Source: Geosiphon pyriformis uo1 (lineage: Eukaryota > Fungi > Glomeromycota). From it: 64,000 nt of DNA. Positions 39,860-54,425 of this stretch are shown piece by piece. A program made the position numbers and the translations under genes. Location: NCBI GenBank assembly GCA_016748015.1, contig JAAOMT010000471.1, forward strand, positions 36,606 through 100,605, read 5' to 3'. Position 1 is the first letter of the stretch; each line of letters opens with the position of its first letter. A model generated the notes under the pieces. That model searched no databases. It was not told the DNA's origin and saw only the letters and a program-made list of their open reading frames with translations.

Positions 39860-41899
39860 ATTATCTTTGAAATACTTTTGTAAATGAAAAGTTTTTTCTG
39901 CTTGAGAAACTAGTTTTTTTATATCCTTTATGAAAATTTTAAGAGTTAAAGCCAGTTTTTTGTAATAAGGTCTATAATTCAAACATAAAAGTACGTGTAA
40001 TTTTTTTGCATGAATAATTATCTAAATATTAAAATATTTAGAAATTGTTGAAAGAGAAATTTTTTAAAATACAAAAGGTAAAAGGGGGTATTTGGGCGAA
40101 GGGAAGTATTATGACGAAATTAACAACTTGTGATGGGTTGTGATAAAAGAGTATAAAAAATGCTATTTTTCCAGATGAGAAAATTTCATAGTTTCATAAG
40201 TCTTATTCTCACATGTGGATTTATTTTGCTAAATTTGTCACAATACTCTATTCACTTAAATACCCCTTTTACATAATATTTAATTTTAGCTTTTTAAATT
40301 AATTAGTTATTTAAAAATACTATCAATAAATTAATTTTATTCACATTCCATATATTATTCACAAAATTTATTTCAAACTATTTTTATTTTGAAAATAGAC
40401 TAAAAAATACATTTTGTATATAATTTATTTTTCAATAATTGTTTATTCAATAATTTTTTTTACTAAAGCTACCAGCTCTAGCCACATATTTAAAGTAAAG
40501 TTTTTCTTTGATTTTAGCAAGTTAATACAACACAATTTAATCAAAAAATTATTTAAAAATTGCTTTATCATAAAAGAATTCCAAATTTTAATATTAACTT
40601 GATATTCAGTTTTAAATCGTTCACTGTTTTTAATGTCTTTTACCTCAATTATTAAATGAATATTAATGCTAATACATACAAATATACTAATCAACATATT
40701 CAGAATTTCAAACCACTTGGAAATATTTTTAATACTAGAATTATAGATGGTCAATTTTATACAGAAATTCTTCAAAATTACTTACCAGAGATTAGGCGGT
40801 TTCAGTAAGATATTAATCCAAAAAATAAAAGTTGGATTACTCAATATCTAAGTATTTTGAAATTTAGAACTACAACAAATTTGGTTAGATTTTATGCTAG
40901 CTTCAAAAGAATTTAATAAGAATAAAAATATACTATTAAATTCTAGAGTTTTCCAAGAAAAATGCTTTGTCTTAGAAGACAAGAGATCACAAAAGAGGTA
41001 GTAAAAAACGAAATATTTTCAAAGTTTTATCCGTATTCTAGATAATTATTTAATTAAATTAATTTTATCGACTTGCTTAAATCCGAGATAAACTTTATGC
41101 AAACGAGAACCAAGAAAATTATTTGTAAGCTTGTTATTGAAGCTATCACCGATATTTAAAAAAGCGTTTAGGACTAGCGAAGACTATCTGAAACCTTAGA
41201 ACTAAATTAGGCATCTCAAAAAAAGATTATCAATGAGCTATTGAAACCAGTGGAGTGTAATTCAATTTTAAGTTTTAATTTAACTAAAAATAACAATAAG
41301 CATAGTTCGCGTTTTGCAGTCAGTTGAGTCTGAATTCCGTTTCGGAGATCTTTATCAGTTTAAGGAATATAAATAATGAAATCTAACCTTTAAAAATTTT
41401 AATGATTTTGGGCCGAATATCAAGGTTTAGGATTTTTAAAGTTTAATTATTCATAAAATTCATAAAGCAATTTCTTAATCAGAGCTTATCCAAACGAGGG
41501 CCAAGGAAATTAGATTAAACTTGTTACTGAAGCCATCTAATTTTATGCATATAGAAAAATTTCATATAAATTTATCTATAAGCTATTGAAACTAGCAGAG
41601 TGTAACTCAATTTTAAGTTTTCATTTAAACTAAAAATGGCAATAATATAATGAAAAGCATACTTCGTCTTTTTTGCTAATTAAGTGATTTAAATGAGGAA
41701 GTCTAACCTTTATTAAGCAAGCATCTATTTTTTATTTATTAGCAAAGACGAACTCTTTAAAAGATTTTCTTTACTCATACAAAGATATTCAAAGTTTGAT
41801 AATACTTTCCGCGTTACTTGAAAAATCAGTATCCTCAACTTCATTAATTGAAGATGCAACTTTAACCCTCGACAGGTTTGACTATTTTTCCAGCTAGTG

Positions 41900-42500
41900 A
41901 ATATTTAAAAGTTACTGAATTAATGAAAAAATATCTCACGAGCAATCAGAAAACACCTGAAGATTTGTTCCGATTGCTTGAATAAGAAAAATCCAAAGCG
42001 TTTGATAGATAATATTTTACTCGGCTTTTCTTTAGAACATTGGATTGAAACTATTACTAATTTAATAAAAGCATTTCTAATATTTCAGAAAGCAGCGAAT
42101 GCAAAAGATTCTTTGGGACAATTTTACTTTAGTTATGGAATTGGTACTTCAAAAGATCATAGAAAAGCATTTGAACTCTATTCAAAAAAGGGGCAGAGGC
42201 AGGAGACATAAATGCCTATTTTTATCAAAATGGAGAAGGAACAACGAAAAACTTTGAAAAAGCATTTGAATTCTATTCAAATGCAGCAGAGGAGGGATAC
42301 AAAAGCACAATACAATCTTGGAAATTGTTATGAATTATGGAGAAGGAACAACGAAGAATGAGCAAAAAGCATTTGAACTCTATTCAAAAGCAGCAAAGGC
42401 GGAACATTCAGATACACAACTTAATCTTGCATATTTTTATCTAAATGGAGGAGCAACAACAGAAAAGTATTTGAAAGCAAAAGCTAATGAATGAAAATCA
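41900..42500 (+). pseudogene. Sel1-repeat pseudogene
   Basis: KAFLIFQKAANAKDSLGQFY..., KAFEFYSNAAEEG.TKAQYNLGNCY and KAFELYSKAAKAEHSDTQLNLAYFYLNG, with frameshifts. Confidence 0.75.
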
Positions 42501-42593
42501 CCTTTACTAATTAAGTTAGCTTACTACCTTCACAACTTTATACTAAAATATTATTGAAAATCTCCGAGTTAGCAGACATTACAAGGAATTTTT

Positions 42594-42680
42594 ATCATCA
42601 TAATCATCATCATCATCATCATCATTATCATTGTCATCATCATTATTATTGTCATCATCATTATTATTGTCATCATCATT
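42594..42680 (+). repeat. (CAT/TAT)n compound microsatellite
   Basis: catcatcat...cattattattgtcatcatcat units. Confidence 0.9.
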
Positions 42681-44040
42681 CTTGTCTTTACAAAGCGAAA
42701 TCCTTTAAACCCGAAAATTGAATAAGATTTTAAATTTAAACTTAAATTTTATTATAAGACATGTCTTTTTGCTAAGTCTGAATATGTATAAAAAGTAATT
42801 AGACTTTAATTATTTTAAATCGCTTATTTTATTAAAATATATATTTGTTAATTTAGGTTTGCTAACAGGCATTTGGAACATGATTTACTTTCAATAACAC
42901 AATTCTTATTTAACAGTAAAAAGGAAGAAAATTAAATTTAATAAGATCATTCAATGGTAGGTATAAAAAAAATAAGCAAAATTTAAGAATTGGAATAATA
43001 ATAATAATAATAATTTCACTATTTTTAACCGCTAAAAATTCTGGTATTAACGATCAAGTCAATGATTAAAAGTCAATAATTAGGTTATTGACTTTCTTAA
43101 AAATTAACTAATTATTCAAAAATACACTTTTACCACTTCCCTCAGTACAAAATAAGTATCAATAAATATTAAATATCTATTTTTTAAAGTTTAACTTTTT
43201 AAAAATATATATGTTTTTGCAATATTACAATTCTTATTTCAGCAAATATATTAAAATCATTCAAAGTTTTATTGTCAGGAAGGATGGTTTGTTTTCACAA
43301 CCCTATTTATTTAGCATTAAATCTTTTGAATTATTACTTTAAACAAACATATTTGTTATATTCCAGAAATTAATTTAAATATATCATCATTATTTGAATT
43401 TTTAATTATTTAAGTTGGAATTGTACATTTAATATATTTTAAAATAATATTTTAATCAACCACTATATGTGTCAAAATTCTTTAAATAAGAATCTTAAAG
43501 CTATCCACGGTTACCATATGCTCTTGTCAAATATTTATTCTCGAAATTTTTATTTCTTCTGTAAGAAATTATTTAATAAACTATAATGAGTCTAATATCG
43601 TTGTTGATATGGTTTTTCAAACTGAAGAATTGAAAATTATTAATTATTTATAATATTACGAAAGACATTAAAATTAATAATAAAACCTATGATATTAAAT
43701 TTTGATAAATGTAAAAAACAATTCTAAAATGGGCAAAAAATGTTGACGCAAGGGAAGTATTTCAGGCCAATTTCGTTATTATTATTAACTTAGTTTCATT
43801 AAAGAGCTATTTTAAAAACTCTATCAATAGAATAATTTCCTTTTTAAAAACAATATATTCAAAAATAAAACCCATTAATTTCCTCGTTGATTTTTAATCA
43901 TGTGAATGAAAAAAAGGTGAGAATAAAATCAATAGATCATTCTTCTTTCTTAACAATCCTCAGGGACAGCTATGGTTAAATGGTTTTGATTGAATAGCAT
44001 GTAAAATGATAAATCCTTGGCAATCAAATTAAAGCGAAAG

Positions 44041-45547
44041 TTAAACCTGTTTCTGAACATGATCCTCCAATGGAACTGGTTCTGGATACTGAGCACGAAG
44101 CTGTATAATTGACCGATCCGTGAAAAAACCTAAAAAATAATTTATGCTTTTCAATGCTTTATTTTAATTTGAAAAGAAATCTCAATTATTATTATGAAAA
44201 TTACTTACTATTATCACTGACTAGGACCGAGGCGCTGTTTTCAGTTGATTGATTGACAGGGTCGTTGACATCTGAGAGAGATTGACGTGAGGGATTCATT
44301 ACAGGAAACTTTATTAATCGAGTAACATAAATTGCCTGAGGATGAGATTTGAGAACTGGCAACATCTTATCAGGATTTGTGTCTAATCCTTTATTCTTAA
44401 ACATTTTCTTTCGCAGGTTCTCAGCAATCCTAAATACCGCCTTTTCTTTGGAATAAAGATGCCAATCTCTTAGAATCTCTACTAATTCCGAAAACGTTGG
44501 CCTCTGCTCATATTCTGACCAACATCTTTCCATCAATTTACAATAGCATGGTGGTGTATGTGAATTTGGTTTTGGATGAAGAAGACCTTGGCGAATATTT
44601 TTTACAAACTCAAAATCCCGTGGTTGCTTGTAAAACGGGGGTCGATTGGCGGCAAATTCCCACATTAACATTCCAAAGGTATATATATCAGACTGGGGGT
44701 AATAGCGATTTCCTTCATCAAGTATCTCTGGTGCAAAGAAGGGCAATATATCAAATTGATAATAACCGATCACTGGAACTAGCTGATGTGAGTCAGGGAA
44801 ACCAAATTCTTCCAGAGAAATTTCAATATGCGACTTTACAATTTTGATGGTAGTGTTTTGAAGTTCTTTTCTTGGGTTATTTCTATCGTGGAACTCTTCC
44901 AATCCACAGGCGATCGAATACAAGATGGCAATTTTCTTTTGCCATTCAAGACTTATCCAGTGATGGGAAACATAATGCCTTACATCCCACTCACAGGTTT
45001 CTGAGACCATCATCAGGTTTTTATTGCTACGTGTGACACCAAACAATCTAACCATTAGACCGTTTTGAGTTCGAGCATAATAATGAAGCTTGAGCTGCGA
45101 AAAATCATTAATGTGAGTTTTCAGCGGTGACTTTAAGTTTAACCTATTTTGAAATTTAATATGAACCTCTTTCAAAAAATTACTTGGTGTACTACCCAAT
45201 TGACAAAGTGCCACCTTGATTAAAGGGCGTTTGGCAACAAATCTTTTTTCATCCACGTCCCAAGCCTCTAATGGTCCAGTTTGCCAATTGGCAGAGTAAA
45301 TAGTTCCAACTTCAACTTTATCATACTGGAGGAAATTGAGGAAATCTTTAAATGGAATAAATTCTAAATACTCGGTAACTTCGTTTGCTTGTTTTTGTGT
45401 GAGTTTGATAAAATCATCAATCTCCTCATCACCCGTCGTCCAATTATCAAAATTCTCCTCAAAATGGCGTGATTGGCATGGTTTACACCACCACGTGTTG
45501 TCACCAAGTCGTTGGTCGCATTCCGGGCAATAATGACGTTCATTCAT
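44041..45547 (-). CDS. TKL-family pseudokinase; predicted exons 45547-45167, 45094-44209, 44129-44041
   Basis: CPEC..CKPC, FDNWTTGDEEIDDFI, FAPEI, SDIYTFGMLMWE, CWS..EQRP and HPQAIYVTR are present. The catalytic motifs are degenerate (VALC, PRKELQNTT, EEFG). There is an in-frame 72-nt GT-AG intron at 45095-45166. Confidence 0.85.
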
Positions 45548-48224
45548 GAAGAAAACGGTTTTCAACCAAATTTTAACACATGAACCGATTGAACGGAGGA
45601 AGGTAAACTGATTAAATAGTTGACTAAATAGTACAAAAAAGGACTTGGTAGTTGCGCCACTTATCCGTTCTAAGGATCTTATTTAGTGTTACAAAATTGT
45701 GTGTGATTCCGGGAAAAGTGTCCTAGAATTCGGTTGTTGACTTCTTTTTGCTGTGCTCTAGTCTGAAGGTCTTTTATAATTTTAGTTCGTCAATACAACC
45801 CATTTTTGATGAATTTATTTAATAATAACTACATATTAGTGTGATTGTTAACTGTAAAAAATCAGATGACACATTTATTTGGTATGAAATTCAATTAAAA
45901 ATAATGATACTCAGCTTCTTTTTTTGCGACCATAAGAGTTTATCGTTAAAGCAATAGATCAATAAGCCAAATACCGTACTTTAAAGAAACAAGAGTTGGG
46001 TACAATTTCGTCTTTCTGGATAAACTCTTTTTGGATAACATGTTGCCAGAAAACAATCGTTTTTGTGTTGAATTTCATCGCTTTTGCTGATTGATAATCT
46101 TTTTATTTACAATTATATACCTTTTAAAGAGCTTAAATGACAAGAGAAATCGGAACGAACAATCGGATTTTTAAATAAATAACGTTATGTCTAAATTAAA
46201 TATTGTCATAATCAAATAATAAATAATGAACAACTTTCCTCATGAAAATGGTTGCTAATAATGAATTTTAAATCGAATGAATGAGCCGTATCCTTCAATA
46301 CCCACCTTCGGCCGGCATAAAAGCACCAGAAACAAAGTTGAATTAACATTTCAAACGCAGATGACAGTTAATATTGCAAAGGAGGACACCATAACCATCG
46401 AATAAGGTTGCTGTTCTTGTAATTGATTTTTTTGAAAATATGTCATAGAAGTGATTCATTAAGTTATTAATAATTGAAAAATTCAATATTCCTTTCGACA
46501 TGCATACCATATAAATTTTTAGATTACTCTTTTCTCTCTCGTTTTTATAAAATTTATCATAAAAAAACATTTAGAAAAAAAGAAAAATTGAGCCCTATTC
46601 GAGAAATTAAGCTCGAAAGAAGTACGACACCCATCGTCTTCCATCGCAGTACTAATAAGGCTATTATTAGCTTAATCTTAAGATCTGATGTCACAAAGTG
46701 GGCAGTAATTGGTTTTGAGCAGACTAAAGAGTTGTTAATAGAGAAATAAATTCTATTTATGATTATTAATAAGTTATAGATATTGCAATCAATGATGTAA
46801 AGTAAAATAATATAGTGATGATTAACTAAAGAGTGATTAATTAAATGAATGATGGAATTAAAAGAATAATTAACAACACGATAATAATATAATTGGAAGA
46901 ATAATTAACTAGAAAATATGAAAGATAATATGACTAAAAAAATGAAATATAGTTAAAAAGTAATAAAGATTATTTTTAATAAATATTATAATTTAAATAA
47001 CTAAGGCCAAGATTTGGAAGCCACTTGTAAATTATGGTTAAAAACAATATTAATTGGAAACTATGTAATTTTATTACATAATGTAAAATTAATCATGCAG
47101 TTCTTTTAGCAATAATTATTTTATTACAAGTTAAAAAAGTGTAAATTCATTTACAATAATTAAAAAAGAGTTAAATTTAATAAAATTCATTGAAATTGAT
47201 TTTTATTGTTAAATAAATACTGGAAATAATTATAATAGTTTATAAAATTAATATCTTGTTGCTTTTGTTTTTATACATATATTACAAAATTATAGTAAAA
47301 TATCTAGTATTTATTATTGAACAATAATTCATATTTAAATTAAAATTTAATAATAATTATTTTTAAAAATTTTTAAAGATTATGTAATTGTTTAACTAAA
47401 GATTATGTTTTATTTTTTTTAATAATATCGTATTTATAAAACAGATAAAAAACTTGTAATTATCATTATTTTTTGTTGATTAAAAATCGTATTTTCTTTT
47501 TTAACAATAAATTTGGCTTTTTTTGCTGTATTTCAAATTATATTTAATTATATAACCAAAATGTTTGTTTTTTATTGAACACTAAAGTAATAATAAAATT
47601 TTATAAAATTTCTGCATTTTTTTGAAAATATTGCTATTTTTTATTTTAAATAAATAATACATAATAATAATAAATAAATATTAATATTAAATTTTTCAAA
47701 GTTTAATACTTTAACAAAGTAAAATTCACCTATTTTATCTGATATTTACAAATTTAAATCATAAACATAACTTTTGCATTTTTTGTACGACATTAAACTA
47801 ACTAAAAACTAGAAACCAGTTCTAATGCACTTATTTTACAAATACAGTAATTCAAATTTTTATCATCAAATATTAAACTTAATAATAGATTAAAAAGTTT
47901 CAAAAATCTATTTTTAAATTTATTATTAATAAAATATTATAATTTTTCCCATATTTAAAACTTAATAATTATATTTATAAAAATTTGCGAATAATATTTT
48001 AATTTATATCAATTATCTGTAATTAAATATATTAATTAAAAAAAAACAATAAAATTTAAATTACTTAAAATTAAATTTTATAAATTTATTTAATTATAAT
48101 AAAGCTATTTTAATGATTAAATTATTTACAACACTATTTATTAGTAAATTGAAACTTCTATATATTATAAAACAAATTTAATTACCAAAAATCTATACAA
48201 ATTTTAATTATGAAATATTAGATC

Positions 48225-48560
48225 AGCTAATAAACTACCTTTTGCTTCTATCACATTCCTAACCCTTTTTGGCATCGAATTAATCTTTCATAAAAATCAA
48301 TTTCGAATGTTATTCCAGCCAATTTGTAATTTTTCCACTATTAAAAAGTATAGTAGACAGTCTATGTATATCTATTTTGTTCCATAAAGGCTTAATTAAA
48401 TTTAAGCCATCAGACTAAAATAATCAGTCAAAAATGCGATTCCATTAGGGCAGTGTGTTTTTTGGATTATTATTTTTTAGAAAAGAATTTCATTCTTATT
48501 CAGCATCGTCTTCAAAAGCAGACTTGATAGATTTTCATTTGCAACTTACCTATTCCACTC
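48225..48560 (-). mobile_element. Tc1/mariner transposase relic
   Basis: Minus-strand remnants F*KNNNPK.HTA (from FQQDNDPKHTA), LNLIKPLWNKI and INSMPKRVRNVIEAKG. Confidence 0.6.
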
Positions 48561-51500
48561 ATAGTAATACAAAAATTTGAGGCATTCAAATAAATTGAAA
48601 ATTATTTTACTTATAATTATTAAAATCTTAAGCATTTATATTTATCTTTAAGCTCTTTCATCAATTCATTGATACGATCATAATGAAATAAAAACGTTTA
48701 AGTTTTTATCATTCATTATTATTATTATTACACATAATATGATCACAAAGTAATTTGTTTATTTTATATGTAAAAAAATATTTGAATCCGATAATAACAA
48801 ATGAATTGCTATAATTTTATATATTTATAATATAATTTGATATTTAAAATTATAAAATAAATTGAATAAATCATCGAATTAAAAATATTTTTATCTCGAT
48901 TTGAATGGGAATTAATACAAATTATACAAATAAATAAATAAATAGAACATAATTAAATGTTAATATATAGTTATTTTTTGCTATTAAACAAATTATAATT
49001 AAAAATAAATAAATAATAATGATCATAAAAATATTGTAAAATCAATATTATTATGAAAAAATTAATTTTTATTGCGATAATTATTTTTTTATATTATATA
49101 TATAAATGATTTTTTATACATTATTTTAATTAATTGTATTATTCTAATTTGATTTAATATATTATTTTATAAAATACAAAATAAAAATATATATAATAAT
49201 AACACATATTTGGTTTAAGTTAACAAATTTTCAATTATATTTGAATAAAAGTTTTTCAATATCTTAAATATTAATAAAATATTGAATAGTAATATTTTTT
49301 GCTACCAGTTTTGTTAATTGAAAAGTTTTATTTTTTTTTGGCTTTTATGTTTAGATCTATTAAACCATTTTGAACATGTTAAATAAAGTAATAATTTAGC
49401 TTGTTTGCTATTATTCATTATTTACTAAGTATGATCCAACCACTATCTACGATTACGTAACAGAAATGATACATAGTAGACATAACTCACGTGTTATATA
49501 CATGTGACCAGACAACCGGATTTTTAATTAATTTAATTTTTTATTTATGTTATTATTTGTTATATTTATAAATTCCAATCGTATATCTTTTAAATTAGAT
49601 TATTATTACATTTTTTCAATTAATTAAAACATTTCAAAACTAAAAACAGAGAATAATACAATTGAAAATAGAAAAATAACTACTGATAATTAAACCAAAA
49701 GCTTTGTTAAAAATAAAAGTATGCTACCTAGTCAAGAATAAAGTTAAGAAATGATTTTCGACCAAGGCAAACATATTATAATAAAAATCAGCTAACTCCG
49801 AAATTGTGATGCCTAAATAAAAAATTTATGTTCATATTATTGCTATTTTTTAATGTAGATGGAAACCATTAAAAAAATTGGGGCAGTTAAGTGTTAACTA
49901 AGAAAATAGATCTTAATGAATATGTTTAAAGCATATCCATCAAATTTTGAATTTAATTCATTTGTTTCCTGGCGTTTAACTGGTGATTAAGTGTTTTGAA
50001 AACGGAATCAAATTAAGATATTATAAAATCAAGCAATAAAAATAATTTTTAAAATTACTGAGCTTATAACGAAACTCATTAATAGAAATAATATAACAGG
50101 CATAGGGTTTTAATAATAAAAAACTTCGTTGAAAATAATGCTGATAATAATATTTGATTTGGTCAAGCATGAAATTTTAAAATACGAAATATGGTATATC
50201 CTCAATAAAAATATTGATATTAGTAGGAATAAAAAGTAGCAATTGGTTTGGGGAGATTAAGTGTTGTTAATAAAGAAAGAAATTGCATGTATAAATATTA
50301 ATAGGTAATTATAATATAAAAAATAGCATTTTTTTTGGTAAGACCATAATTGAATTATTATTTGCAAATTTTCATAAACAAAAAATCTGCTTAATAATTT
50401 CCATGATAATTAATTATGTATTTTTAAAATTTTATTGAATTTTCTGTTTTGTATAAATTTGTAAACAAAAAACTCAAAATATATGAATTTTTTGCTTCAA
50501 ATAATTTAAATAACTAAGGCTAACATTTAGAAACAACTTGTAAATTATGGTTAAAATCAATATTATCTGGAAGACTAGAGTTTGTTCATTATTAAAATTA
50601 ATTGATTATTTATGCTTTATTTATTTCAATAATATTGTGTTTATAAAACAGATAAAAACATTCTCAAAATATCCCTTTCTTTTAGATTTCTTTTGTCCAG
50701 AATTGCTGTGCTGTTATCAGCTATAGTTTAATGCAATCATTGGGAAACAATATTAAAATTATAAAAATTAAATTAAATAAAAAAACAATAAAAATAGCTC
50801 AATTAAATTGTTATAAAAATAAAAAATCTTATCTAAAAACAAAATAAAACAGAATTAAATAAAAAATAATTATTAAAAAATTGTATATAGATTGCAACTA
50901 ATATAATACTTATTTATTATGCAATTTATACTTTCAATTTTTTTTTGAAATTAAAAGTCTTGTCAAATAATAAACCAAGCTCAAAAATGTAAATAACAAT
51001 TTACTATTAAATATAATATTAAAAATCTGTTGAAAAATTAATCCTTGGCTATTAATTATACAACATATTAAAAAATTTTAAAAAAATTAGTTTGTTTCAA
51101 AAAAATCAAAAACTTATAAACGTGAAAAGCTTTGTTATAATAAATTATTTTCTGTTACACATTAAAAATAATTACATTATATTGATAATTTTTTCAAATT
51201 TCAAATTTTATATAAATAATATTTTATATTTTTAAGATATTTAATATTGGGCGCTAAAATTACCTATCATACGAATTTCTGGTGCTGTTTTCTTTTTCAT
51301 ACGTTCTAGCGCTTTTCTAGACAGTTGATGCATTCATCGTACATTAAATCAATCAGAACTGGTGACAGCATTGTTGATTTTCGGCTCGAAAGGGGATGTA
51401 CCACGTTCATTATCACCTTTTAGTGTATGATTTGGCTATCAAGTTCGATCAAAATGGTTTAGCTGTAATAAATAAAAATGATGGATTCCTCGGTTTAAAT

Positions 51501-51870
51501 GATATCGAAAAATTGCTGGTGCTCAGAAATGCGGTGATGGAAGTGGGGTAAAATTTGGAGACATATCGTTGATATTGCAGTGTGTCAAATCAATTTCTTT
51601 GTATTGCCTTTTAGGTAGCCTAGCAGGGAGGAAATGTGATTTTCTTCAACGTCCTAAATTAGAAAACTTCGCTGAAATGAAATCTTGTTATAAAACCTCA
51701 AAAATTACTAGGATCACAAGATTTTTTTCCATTGAGATTATCAGTTTGAAAAAAAAAGAGTAATTAGTAATCAAATTAAGGATCGACAATGAAATGATTA
51801 TTAATTAAAATCGTAGACCTCTTAATCTAATCACTATCGAATATATTTAAGTTTCATAAAATCGATTCAA

Positions 51871-53184
51871 ATGGTTGCAAAGGATACTCGGGTTATTATC
51901 GTAACTGGAGCTGTATGATCTTTTTAATTTTCTTTGTTTTAAGCGAGTTAGTATTAAACCTTCAAAATATTAAGCAATTAACTCTAAACTTCTCTGATTT
52001 TAATTTCAACAGAATAAGGGAATCGGTAAAGCAATAGTTAAAGGTATTGCTAAAGAATATGCTCGTGACCAGCCTGGAGCCTCTCAAAAACTCGTCCTCT
52101 ATCTCACAGCACGAGATATAGAACGTGGAACCCTGGCTCTTCAAGAATTAAGCTCAGAATTAAAAAAGGATCGAGTATTAGTCTCTGATGGCGGCTTAGT
52201 TGAAATTAAATTTTTTCAACTAAATGTTATCGATGATGAAAGCGTTAGGGAGTTTAAAAAGGCGTTTGAACATGAATACAAATTCGTTGATGTTTTGATT
52301 AATAACGCTGGTATCAGTGAGTATAATTGAACCTAATTAATTCATAAAAAACTTCTGATATTTACTTAAAAAAATTGTAATAGGGCGTAATTTCAACGAT
52401 AATAAACTAGAAATAGCAAAAGAAACATTAGAGACCAATTATTACGCCTTGAAAAAGGTGAATAAATCTTTTATTATTTTTTTTCTTATTACTCAAGTTT
52501 AGCTCACTAAAGTTTAGGTATTTCACTTCTAATTTTCAAAAGGTGACCGAGATTTTCTTGCCAATTATACGAAATCCAGGAGGCAGAATTCTTCACATTG
52601 GAAGCAATGTGGGACTCTTAAATAGGATTTCATCTGAAAAACTTCAAAAAGCGTTCAGTAATGAACAATTGTCTCTCACCGGAGTTGATACATTAGTCGA
52701 AAAATATTTAAAAGATATTGATAATGGGGTTTATGTCAGTGAAGGGTGGCCGAATCATGGTATGCTAAAATATGGTTTAATTGTTGTAAGCTTTTTGTTT
52801 CCCGAAAATCTAAGATTAACTTGAAAATTATCTTGGACAGAATATTCGCCTTATATTTTTAGCAAAATCGTTGTTGTTGCCCATGCGAAAGCCTTATCAC
52901 GTGAATTAGCAGTTCAAGGAAAACAAATTCATGTCCACGTTGTTGATCCTGGTCATGTAAAAACTGATATGGCTGGCCCAAATGCACCAGGAACTGTTGG
53001 CAAGTTTTTTTATCATTTATTCCGTTATTTATTAGCTTTAAATTGAATATTTTTTGCTCTTTAACATATTATAGAGGAAGGAGCTGATACCGCAATTTTT
53101 CTCTCTTTGACTGATGAAAGTAATATAAACTCTGGTAATGGGTTATTTTGGGTAAATCGAAAAATTCGTTCATGGGAGCAATAA
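51871..53184 (+). CDS. Carbonyl-reductase (CBR1)-like short-chain dehydrogenase/reductase, copy A, 6 exons
   Basis: TGA|NKGIG, YLTARD, LINNAGI, TNYY, GWP, YIFSK (YxxxK), DPGHVKTDM and EEGADT. The last intron is GC-AG (53000-53074). Confidence 0.92.
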
Positions 53185-53884
53185 ATTTAATGCGAAAAAC
53201 TAAACCCGAGGCGTCTATAAATAACCGACAAAATTCACTTTATTTATATTAATTATATATGCTTTTGAAAGTTTTAAATAAAATATTAGTTTCACTTAAT
53301 AGGATGGACGAATCCTTAAGAATAGGTAGGTAAATTAACCCAACGCTAGTGATGCTAATAAAACTTATTTTCATTTAATTTTACTAAAATTAATTAGCCT
53401 CTAAAGGAAATTATTTTTTGGTTTAAATATTGGTCAATAAAGACCATTTCAAAAAACCATAACTAAAAATTATCATGATAAACATAAGTTTTATTTTTAG
53501 TTTGCATTAATCAATCGGGAAATAGAATGCTTTTCATCAAAGCCACTTTAGATATAATAAACATATGTTTATATGTGATTTTTTTTACACCCAAAAAACT
53601 ATTTTTATTAGCAACTAATAAAGCTTGTTAATATTAAGTAAAAAATTGTTGCATAAAAAATATATAAATAAAGGGTTTTCAATCAAAATTAAAAAATGAC
53701 ACGCATTAACAAGCTAACAATTTTAATTTTAATAAAACTTTAAAAATTAAAATCTATCATTTTGATTATATTTTACTGTTTAAAAGTTCAATTCAATTTT
53801 TTTGATCTTAAAAATAAATTATAAAACTTGTTTTTTACAAAAAAAGCAATTTTTATTAAATTTGATAAACAAAAAAAAAACATT

Positions 53885-54390
53885 TTTTATTTAAAAATAC
53901 CGGAAGAATGTTTTAAATGGCCTAAAAAAATTTTAAATTAATAATTTCAAATTACCATATTGTTAAAAACTCAATTACCTGGTATCGACCCTTTACTTCT
54001 AAGAAAATACTTTTAAGCTATTTTCAATTTTCAATTTTTCATAAATTAACTTTAGCTTTCAGAATAATTAAAAAACTCCAAGCTATTTAGTGATTAAATT
54101 TCATTTCACTAAACACTACTTTAATAAAAAAATTAAAGTTTGAGAATACAAAGAAACCTAATAATGCAATTTTATATTATACTTATAAACACGATATACT
54201 GTCAAATCACTTTTTTCCCAACGAATAATTTCTGATTACTATCATAATCTTTGATTTTTCTTTAGCGTTAAATATTTCCGGTTAATAATGAATCTAATCA
54301 CAAGGGAAATGGTTATTTAAAGTTTTTATGCCTGTTATAATTTATATAAATTTGACACGTCCTACACATTCACGAATTACCGAACTTACT
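53885..54390. repeat. Left arm of a long imperfect inverted repeat (partner 57895-58500)
   Basis: The core 53985-54210 is the reverse complement of 58190-58405 (e.g. aaagtttgagaatacaaagaaacctaataatgcaattttatattatacttataaac). Weaker blocks extend on both sides. Confidence 0.85.
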
Positions 54391-54425
54391 TATTGAATAT
54401 ATTACGATTATCTCAACATATATAA

